Position numbers and translations under genes: made by a program. The notes below the pieces were generated by a model that was not told the origin of the DNA, did not search any database, and saw nothing but the letters and a program-made list of their open reading frames with translations. From the NCBI RefSeq assembly GCF_001194135.2, contig NC_068997.1, positions 47,230,957-47,294,956 on the forward strand: 64,000 nucleotides of DNA. The letters are read 5' to 3'. Origin of the DNA: Octopus bimaculoides. Its lineage: Eukaryota. Positions 14,105 through 24,007 of the stretch are shown here, piece after piece. Numbering within the stretch: the first letter of the stretch is position 1; every line of letters starts with the position of its first letter.

Positions 14105-15994
14105 CTATTTTAAAAAATGTCGGATTGCGAGAAAATAATGATAATCGGCCAAGAGCAGCGTCCTATTGACTCCGACCAAGAGCAGCGTTCTGTTGTAACT
14201 CCAAAAACAAACGCAGCCGAAGGTGAAATTCATTTTTCGCCAAAGAGAAATATAATTTCCTCTTGTTGCTACGACGACAGTAACACGTGCAAAAGTACCA
14301 ACAGCAACGATAATGACGACGACGACGACGACTACAGCAGCAGCAGCAGCGCCACCACCACCACCACCACCACCACCACCACAAACAGCAGAAACAACAA
14401 CAATAACAGCAACTGTATAGACAACAACATCAGCAAAAAGATGAACAAAATCGAAAACAAGAAAAGTAACAAGAACAACAAGATTGAAAACAACAACAGT
14501 CGGTACTCCTAAAGCGGAGTGGTCCCGAACGCGCAGTCGCGCGTCCGCACTAACTAGTCGTGAGTGGTCGATCCTAACCCTAACCTTATCCTTAACCCTA
14601 TCCCTAACCNNNNNNNNNNCGCAGTCGCGCGTCCGCACTAACTAGTCGTGAGTGGTCGATCCTAACCCTAACCTTATCCTTAACCCTATCCCTAACCCTA
14701 ACCCTATCCCTAACCCTAACCCTAACCTAACCCTAAACACATGTATTCATTTGCACGCGCGCGCGCGCACTTTTTGTAGGATCGACCACACACGACTAGC
14801 TAGCGCGGACGCGCGACTGCGCGTTCGGGATAACTGTGTGGAAAACAACGACGATGACAACGACACCAACAACAAAAACAACAGCAGCAGCATTAATAAC
14901 ACAATGAACCTCAACAAAACTAATTCCGTTAGAAATTGGACTATACTATTTTTTCAGTGGATGACTTGAAAGATAAGGCCCTGAAATACAAGAGTGGCAT
15001 TAAGAAACCAGGTGCTATGTGTTTTAGTGAAGAGGAGAAAAAAAAACCTCCGAAAGACGAACGGTGGTGCACCAGCATGACCGCAGCCATTTGGCTGAAA
15101 CACATAAATAAATAAATAAAAAAAGTTGTTCGTCTTTATAAATGTGTTTCTCGCAAAGAGAAAAAACTTAAATTTCCTACTCCAGCAGAGACCGAAAAAT
15201 GCCTAGAAGATGTGTGGCCTTCAGTACTACACATACAGAAAGGTAAGCAATATGGGTTAGTTACTGCTATGTGCAGTAGAGAGCAAGAAGCCAGAAGAAT
15301 GGCTACTATAACTTGCACGTTCCAGGCTTTTGCAATATTTCCCTACTACATGGGTAAAAGGTTGACTCGAATTCGAGTAAAGAACGTATCGGGTCACCGT
15401 GATCCGGCGAGAGTTTTAGCCATTCTGGAGGAGCATGGGAAGATTGTGGAGGTGAAGTTTTTACCCCACAACTCAACAGGATTGGAATTCTAATGGAATG
15501 CCAGATACTAGTTTCTCCAGAAGAAATAAATCGCATTCCTGATTTTTTCTGTTTCGGGGAATGCCAACAAATGCCGGTTTCTATAGGGGGTGGGGAAACA
15601 GAAGTATTTTGTGTGTGGGAATTCGAACCATCTCAAAGCCTTTTGCACCGCGGTGGAGAAAGCACGAAGTTCTCCACCGTTACTACCAACTCCTCAAGGT
15701 GGGGACAAAACTATTACCTCGCATTTGCCTCCTTCCTCCGACTCAGGTCTCGCAAAAGCAAAGTCCTCATTGACTTCGTGCCAAAAGGCCTTTGTCGGAG
15801 ATAAGAGAAAGACTGAATATGAACCGAACAGAGACCGACACAAATTGAAGGCCCTAAGACATGACGGTGAAAACAAAATCCGTCTCAACAATTTAAAAAC
15901 AAATCAACATCAACATCAACATCACAAGACCACCCATTTTTACAAACACATTCACAACCACAAAAGACACGAAAACAAAAAGAAACACGCGTAA
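14105..15994 (+). mobile_element. Decayed gag-like ORF1 of a non-LTR retrotransposon (Tx1/L1-like), interrupted by a TIR element and a SINE tail
   Basis: Frameshifted peptide ...KGKQYGLV...FPYYMGKRLTRIRVKNV...ILEEHGKIVEV... ending in a CCHC knuckle (Y/C)FVCGNSNHLKAFC. The 5' part is N/D/T-rich trinucleotide repeat. Clade assignment is from motif resemblance only. Confidence 0.6.
14523..14830. mobile_element. TIR/foldback element with 54-bp GC-rich TIRs enclosing degenerate (CCCTAA)n repeats
   Basis: Arms 14523-14576 and 14777-14830 are reverse complements with 3 mismatches. The interior is CCCTAA/CCTTAT/CCCTAT repeats. Confidence 0.8.
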
Positions 15995-16124
15995 AACAAA
16001 ATGACCAGCAATCACACTCTCGGGTACGTGCTTCCCTCATCAACTTCACTGTTGTTCAGAAGAGCAACATTGAATTGAGGAAGTAGTTAATAACAAAAAC
16101 ATTAGAAGTGGAGACGGTTTTGCG

Positions 16125-16620
16125 GAACTCCTTTCAGGATCGATAAAATAAGTACCAGTTGCACACTGAGGTCGATCTAATCGACTTACCCCCTCCCCCG
16201 AATTGCTCCCCTTGTGACAAAATTTGAAACCATTCTTATTACTATTAAGGTGGTGAGCTGGCAGAATTGTTAGCACGCCGGGCAAAATGCTTAGCTGCAT
16301 TTCGTCCGTCTTTACGTTCTGAGTTCAAATTCCGCCGAGGTTGACTTTACCTTTCACTCTTATTCCCTTTCCCAAAATTCCAGGCCTTGTGCCTTCACTA
16401 GGAAGGATTATTATTAAAGCGGCGAGCTGGCAGAATCGTTAGCACGCTGGAAAAAATGTTAAGCGGCATTTAATCCGTCTTTACGTTCTAAGTTCAAATT
16501 CTGTCAAGGTCGACGTTGTCTTCCATCCTTTCGGGGGTGGGGTCGATGAAATAAGTACCAGTTGAATATTGGAGTCGATGTAATCGACTAGCCCTCTCCC
16601 CCAAAACCTCAGGCCAAATA
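16125..16620 (+). mobile_element. Three tandem copies of tRNA-derived SINE family A
   Basis: Repeated 'gagctggcagaatcgttagcacg...gttcaaattcc...ggtcga...aataagtaccag'. Confidence 0.85.
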
Positions 16621-17329
16621 TTATTGATAGTAGTAGTAGTAGTAGTAAAGAAGTGAATTCATCAAGATAGTTCTCTGCAGTAATGAGTTTTTGGATCTCA
16701 CAGAAGCTCGACAGTCGTTTTATGACTGAACTTATTGACTCTGGAGAGAAATACTAAATTTTCTTAATGATTGGAGATTTGTGGCTTTCTGAAAAGATAG
16801 CTTTAAGTGTTGGAGTTCTCTAGCGTGTCTAATATATTGGAAATTCTATTAGTCGGTGGAATTTCATGAAAATTCACTGAGTGACGAAGTTTCTTCTTTG
16901 AATAAATAATGTTTTCGTGCATGTCAGTGTAATTAAACTTGACTGGGTTATCATATCGCCATCGGAGGACATTACGATGATGGTTAGTAATAGATGAGGT
17001 GGATGATTGGTGAGAACTACGAAAAAAACACAGGCAGGAGAAGGTTGACGGTTGTAGAGTAAATATGTTAAGAAACTTTAATGCGTTTGAAATAATTATT
17101 GTCAGTTCGGCATGGCGTCTAAGGAAATTCTATGTTAAGGAAACATGAAAATAGAATTTAAAATCTATGAAACGACTATTTGTAAGATAATAGTTTTTCA
17201 GTAGAATAAAGAAATAAACCATAAATAGAACACATCTCTCTGTTCATTTCAATACACACACACACATACACAGATACATGCATACACACACATGAGTGTA
17301 CATACATACATATATTATTATTTCTCTTT

Positions 17330-17990
17330 ATCACAGGTTTTGTTGGAGTTCCTGGTGTCTTACATGCATAGCCAGCTTGTTACCCGCACCCTATGCTACT
17401 ATGCTATCCACTCTTTTCAGCTATCTAATACTTTCTTGATTATTCTGACCGTTCCAAGGAGGCAAACCTTTTGTTACAGTTCTACTGGGCACGCTATTCC
17501 GATTTCCTTTATACTCCCCTTGATGTCTTCTGATACTATTTCCAAGGACCCAACAATAATTTTCTATAGCCGGGCTATTTCGTACTTAAGAGGGTTGTAT
17601 TTATCTATCTTTTCACCATCCTTCTTGACTATTCGTGGGTCAAAGGGACATGCAACATCAAATGTATAGCATATGTGGTGCATCTTGTCCACCACCACTA
17701 GGTCCGGTTTGTTATGCTCTAGCACCTGATCTGTTTGGATTGGGAAATTCCAGAGGATTTTGCTAGTCTCTGACTTCGCCATTCTCTGTGGTTTGCGCTC
17801 ATACCACGTCTTGCCTCTCTCTCGCCCCCCCCCACCTTTTCGCACAATTTCCAATGAAGCACTTTCACTACCTGATCGTGTCGCCACAACTTGTAATGGT
17901 TTTGGACCAGTCTAGGGCATTCGTTCATGATATGGGCAATGGTTTCATCCACACTATTGCAGATGCGGTACAGCGGAGATCATCATCATT
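17330..17990 (-). mobile_element. 5'-truncated RLE-type non-LTR retrotransposon (R4/Dong/NeSL/HERO-like) 3' end
   Basis: CCHC 'ETIAHIMNECP..RHDQV..LHWKLC', RLE 'HNKPDLVVVD...DVACPFD..EKIDKYxxL..EIARL', and C-terminal 'QKVCLLGTVRIIKKVL', with stops and frameshifts. Confidence 0.9.
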
Positions 17991-18873
17991 ATTAGATAAT
18001 GAATCGTATAGTATACTCCTGGTAAAGCATGTTCACGCATGTGTGGGGGGCATGCGCATCTGTGCGTGCGTGCGTGTGTATAGAAATATACATTTTTGAT
18101 GTCCGGTCGTGTAAATGTTTGAATTACTTAAAGTAGACTTAAGCTTTATTTACCTATTGTACTCATTGTTCTTGTTGCTATCAAGTTTATTATCAATTCT
18201 TCATCTGCAAAGAAGACTGAAAACTTGCTTTCGAAAGTTCTGTCCGACCTTTCCGACCTCTCATCAAATCATCTGCTTCACTTCACAATATAAGCAAAGA
18301 CAGAAAGTTCATTCCGGCAGCTGACGTCTCACTTTCATTCTGACACAGCTCCCCTGGAGACAACATTGTAGCTCGCATCCAGTTTGGTCAAAGGCTATAT
18401 GCTTCTTCAGCATTAAAAGACCAGGCCTTCATCATCACCAGCAGGATAGACAAAGCCTTCACTAACAACATCAGAATAAACTAGGTCTTCTGCCATCGTT
18501 ACATTCGTCGCCATCTCTTCGTTATGTAAACCGTAACAATTTCGCCTTTTACTATGTCAGATCAGCCAATTAGTTGTCACACATCTATTCATGCAAATAC
18601 AGTGACAAACATTTTTACATATAAGATGTATTTATTCAAAATACATGGTTGACTCGGTAGTGATTAAAAAGCATTGATTTATGTAAACGATCAATAATAC
18701 ATACACATATACATGTATGTATTATTGATCGTCAAAATCAGAGATATCTGACGAGAGAAATTCCATGTCTAATTGTCCCTTTCGGCTAATCGATTTCTCC
18801 ATGTCGCTTCACTTTGATTTTCATTACATACATTTCTAGCGTACACAATTTCGTTTATTGCTTATATATACTT

Positions 18874-18921
18874 TTCATCTGATGATAATCTGTGCAGGAT
18901 TATTGAAACGTACGTAATGAA
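18874..18921 (+). ncRNA. Minimal type I hammerhead-ribozyme-like motif (Penelope-type), with an imperfect stem II junction
   Basis: ttcat-CUGAUGA-taatc/gatta-tt-GAAA-cgtacg-UA-atgaa. Stem I is a perfect 5 bp and stem III is the palindrome ACGTACGT. Confidence 0.55.
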
Positions 18922-19149
18922 TTGTTCGAAATATCATGAATTTGTTTTTAAGTGTTCAATTCAATTACATGTGACTCTTCATACCACCTTACTTGTCTCC
19001 GTAATTATGCTATTTTATACAGTGCAATACTTGAGCTCGGGAGTTTAACGTGATTTCCGTATCGAGTTTTCAGCAGTTATTTGTGCATTTTGACACACGC
19101 TAACGATGCGTTAGGAAAGTTTGTCTTTGAAGCTATAATATACAACAGA

Positions 19150-19347
19150 ATAAATCTATAGATTTCAGCCAATACTGCTGGTATAAATTAGACTTAACTA
19201 AATACACTGGACAGTTGTAAACAGCTGGTTTTCTATGTAGTCACTTCCTGGATAGGAAATACAAGATCAGTTCATTTGCTTCCGCTCGAAGTAGCCGTTA
19301 AAAGTGTGTCATTCAGTGCAAATCAGTTTATAATAACAGCAACTGTG

Positions 19348-19384
<37 letters not shown>

Positions 19385-19545
19385 CCAGAGTCAGATATGT
19401 AATCAGTTGCCAATTAAATCTTAGTAGAAACAGAAACTGGTTCAGGTAATTCCTCTTTATTTATGCACGAAGAAATTGTATTAAACAGTCGTTTACATCA
19501 ATATGTAATTACATATGATACGATGGCTGAAATCTATAGATTTAT
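19150..19545. mobile_element. MITE-like element with perfect 22-bp inverted termini
   Basis: ataaatctatagatttcagcca (19150-19171) is the exact reverse complement of 19524-19545. Confidence 0.6.
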
Positions 19546-22500
19546 AATTATGTTAATGCATCGCTAAGATCTAAATTGAAATATCTGCCAAAAATAGCGT
19601 TCTTTTTTTTTTTTTCAGATGAATTTATCCGATTTAATGATACCTTTAATAATAGTGTTTATGTATTTACAATATCTTTGTGGATAGTTAGAGACGGTAG
19701 TCAGATGCTAATAAAATCTCAACAAAGATTTAAACCGATCCAGCTGCCTTTCAAAAAGAAAAACTTAGACCGAAAGAGATAATTGTTTACTGTAATTTGG
19801 TGCATTTAAATGAAAGTCAATCGCCACGGATGTAACTCTTTATCGAACTCACGACTTTTGAAACACTTACTGGGCACCATACATAAATGGTAAATGTACT
19901 TTGTGTTTTATGATAAAATTGAAAAGTTTTAAAAGATGGTCTTTTTAACTTATTTGAATTACTATTTTCAAACCTGAACTTCACAACCTTTGTAAGAAAT
20001 TTCTGATTTAGTACCTAGAGTTATTGTAACCACTTTCTGGTGATTATGCAGAAAAATGAAAACTGAACACACACAGCTCATTTGGTCAATGAAAACCATC
20101 ATAACCATTAACTCTCAAAATGAATTTCATTGTGTGGAAGGCTGAAATATTTTGGACTAAAAAGGACGTTATTTTACCACAAATTTATAAGTATATTCAT
20201 AATGATACTAATGCATAGGTCTCACCTAAAATATTGATCTGTTATGTTCAGAATGTATCCAAATCAATGCTGGAAGTGGGCATATTACTGTTATTAAAAG
20301 AAAATATTGGAGATATTTGCTTCTATCTGAATGCATTTCAGTAATAATTGTACATGTCATTTTCCAATGCTCGTAGTTAGAGATCAGATTTTTAGTCAAG
20401 ATGTAAGGCACTGTTCATGACCTTTGACATGATGTTTGAGACTGGTGAGATTGGTACTCTAAGTGTTGGTGATAAAGTTGGCAATAGATTAAGTCTATCA
20501 CGAACAAGATACTTTTAATCCAAAGTAAATTCTACTTTTAAGCTAATTGTATGCCTGAAGGGTACAATTAAAGATTATTCTTCCGTCTTTAATGAAAATA
20601 AACAGTAGTAGTCCATAACCTTAAATGACCAAGAGATTATGTGTATAGTGTGACCAACAACGGTGCCATCAGGTTATCTACCTGAAATCAAATCTCCCAT
20701 GTCAAGTACAAAAGGAGTCCACTGGATGTTAATTTTTCATGTAATTAAACACTTTTGTTCATTGGTTCTCAATGGAAGGAAATGAACTTCTGTAAGCAAC
20801 AGGCATGGGAGGTTGGAGCCAAGCACTGTAAGCTAAAGCTTGATATATGATTACCCAACCGTGTCTTTAGCATCAGAAATGTGCAAACATTGAACTGCTT
20901 TCTCTTTTTGTAATTTCATTTAATTTAATTTTCAACAGGCTCAGGTCAACCATTGTAAATTATATGCTTATTTTTCTCATTTTTACAAGTTTTGTTAGAG
21001 ACTAACCAAGTTGCTGTAGGTTCACAACAAAACCTACAAGGCAGAAAATATATCTCAAAATTCCATCTGATCTAAGCAGGCATGGAAAAATGGACAGTAA
21101 AATAATATTAAAGTGAAAGAAATGAAACTGAATTTTCCATATTTCAAATGATTTATGTATAATTTTTTTTTTCTTTTGTGTTAAAACAAAAATTGAATGA
21201 AATATACACAGGGTAATAATATCTGATACAATACATGAAATATACACAAGTTTGTGGACAATAACAGCTGAAAAAATATACATTGAGAACAGAATGTTAG
21301 AAAGCTGTTTGTACTGGAGAGAGCCAGGAATAGAGGCTAATGAAGAGCAAAATGGGGTTGGTGAAAAAAAAAAGGAAAAAATGACCAGTTGGAAAGATAG
21401 TTAAATGGTGTGCTTGTTTTGGTAATATTTGTATCTTCATGTTGAAGACTTGGAGGGAATCCTGTTATCAAACAGTAGTCAAGTAAAACTGCATAATTTT
21501 TTTAAATATCTAGATCTTAAACTTTTTAGACCAATGAATTATTTACTAACAGTTTATAAAGCTATGAGATGTCAACAGGAGGTGACTAGCAAGACTGAAG
21601 CAACTAATAGGGAACAGTTCCACTAACTACAACAATTGGTCTTATTGGATTATAAAATGTGTCTAGATATATGAACTAATCAACATTAAAAGCTTGTTAA
21701 AAGTCATTAATGCTCTTAAAAACTAAACTGTGCAGATTATAAGATTCAAATTTAATTTTCTCTTGTATAAAAAAAAGGCTTTAAAACATTGCTTGATTAC
21801 TTTGTTGGAATTCTTTTTCAGAAATGTAAATTGAAGATTGTCTCAAATATTTGTCAACAGAGGGAAAATAACACTAGTTTCTTAAAGATTACAACGAAAA
21901 AGGAGAGTCCAGTTAAGAAATAAACTGCACTCACAAACTCTAGCTATATACTAGGAGCCAGCAGTCTACACAAATTTTTCATTCCAGAAGAAAAAAAGAA
22001 AAAGAGAAACAGATTATTTTCAATGATGCAAAAGTTAGGTCTTTCTTAGAACAGGAGCTGTTATAATTAGTCTTTAGGCAACTAAGCTGTACATATCTTC
22101 TCTATATTACACTGTCAAAACTTGAGTAAACATAAGCAGACTGGAGCAACCTGGACAAGAAAACTTCAGTTTGTCAGTGTTAGAAGGCTCCTTAATTATT
22201 GAAAAAAAAAATCAAGAAATTGGTCATTTCAACCAATCTACTTTAGATGTAATTCATAAATGGATTTTAAAAATACCAGGTTATATACATATGTACAAAT
22301 TTTTAATTTTTAAGTTAGAATATATTTAAAAACATTGCAACTTATGCAATCTTAATATAAATGTAGATCTGAAAGATTTTATAACAATTCTAGAATTAAG
22401 TTCATGACAAAAATTGCAGGTTACCTTATGAGTAACACTTATCCTGAAAGACAAACCAGAATGACCTTTATAACTTGAAACAGAGAGACAAAAACTGTCG

Positions 22501-23297
22501 CAATGTGTAACAGATGGTTGTAGTGTGTAAGAAGTAAAATTTATTCAGAATTAACTCAATACATTTGGAAACAATTTACTGCTGGGCCTAACAAAAATAC
22601 TAACAGAAAGTGGCCTCAAAACCTCAGCTGTGTTTTAAGGTTTTCTCATGCTTACATTACTTAAGTGATAGCAAAATTGCCAAAGAGGTAGGTTGATGTC
22701 ATTAGCTATATTCTCACAACTCGCACAAAACACAGCCAATATTGTTTAGAAAACATTGTGCGACACAAAAGAACATTTTAATAACCAAACCAACCATTTT
22801 ACATTTAACTAAACCTAAAGTTTTCTAACAATCTATATTAAAATCAGAAATTGTAACAAAATACTTCTGTATTAAAAAATTTTAAAACTGAATTGGTCAT
22901 TTAAAATCAGAAAAAGGATAACCATGAGAAAACTAAGGAAATAATTGCCATGAAACAAACTTATGTCTCATTGCAGATATAACAAACACACCGGATACTG
23001 ATCTTAAGTGTTTGTCACATCTGTAACGGTTATAAAATACTATCACAAAAATTACCAGAAATTTGTCCAAAACTGAATGGAAAGAAATGAACAATTAGCA
23101 ATAATACCAAGTACAGTATCAGTAATAGGAAGTATTTATCATCCTTTTCAAATACCAAATGTACTCAAAGAATAAAACATGAATTAGAATTAAATGTTTA
23201 TAGTTCATGTTGGTTTAATCAACAATGTGTTTAGTTCATTACAAAATTACATTTGTGTACTTAGCACAGTAGATAAAATCATTTAAGCATTGTGACA

Positions 23298-23321
23298 TAT
23301 ATACAGTTTATTATATTTACA
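23298..23321 (-). promoter_or_regulatory. Candidate cyclin B poly(A) signal AATAAA (23312-23307) flanked by two Pumilio-type elements TGTAAATA (23321-23314) and TGTATATA (23305-23298)
   Basis: First AATAAA I found on the sense strand, about 600 nt after the stop. Both flanking 8-mers fit UGUAHAUA. CPE-like TTTTTAT/TTTTAAT occur at 23846-23840, 23592-23586 and 23508-23502. Confidence 0.5.
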
Positions 23322-23911
23322 CTGAAATTAAATTAGCAGCAGGTAGTGCACTCAATCTTACAATTGCTGTTACAGCTGTTCACATTCGTTCACTCGCTAT
23401 ACACATCTAAGCTGCAGTAAATTCAATGCTTTCTAGTAACTTAAGCTATTTAAGTCCACCATCAATTTAAAGCTAGATTATACATATATATATATATATA
23501 TATTAAAAAAGTAAAAGGGAGCAACAGACGAAAACTCTTCAAAAGTTCCCTGAAAATCCCTGCAGCCATACAATTTTTCCAGAGAATTAAAACATTTAGT
23601 TGTGGCGTCAATTTTCATTTTAACAAAAATTCCACCAAAACATCACTTATCTCACATAGGGAGAGAAACAACCTCAAATACTTCTTAAACATAGGCAAAA
23701 ACTACACACCTGCACAGGTACCTCAATATCATCACATTCACAACGCAGGGCTAGGGACACCTGCTAACCTATTTGCACTTATGAGGATTACATTATAAAG
23801 ACTCCTCAAATGGAAATAGATTTTTTTCTTTCATAATGTATAAAAATGTAAATCGGTATTGACTATAAATTCAGTCAAAAATGTCATGTTTAAGAGTCAA
23901 AAACAGTGACG

Positions 23912-24007
23912 TCAATTTTCAGCAACTTTTCTGATGGCATCACCTTTTAATTCTGGAATGGTACTGATCTTAAAGAATTTGGAGCCTTGGAATTTTGTCC
24001 GGATAGC
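23912..24007 (-). CDS. CCNB: Cyclin B exon 8, terminal coding exon ([31 protein letters not shown])
   Basis: Found by manual translation. Acceptor tttttctttttctAG. Matches the conserved 'AVxxKY/FxxSKxxKIS' C-terminus. TGA stop at 23914-23912. Confidence 0.92.
   Translation of the reverse strand, partial: AIRTKFQGSKFFKISTIPELKGDAIRKVAEN

Noticed and set aside
14620-14680. Second copy of the left arm of the telomere-repeat element
   Set aside because: Begins right after a 10-N gap and repeats the preceding contig end; probably an assembly overlap.
14570-14740. True telomere or chromosome end
   Set aside because: The repeats are short, degenerate, enclosed by TIRs and flanked by ordinary sequence on both sides.
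18744-18800. CUGACGA followed by a gagaaat/atttctc stem
   Set aside because: No GAAA follows the stem, so the hammerhead core is incomplete.
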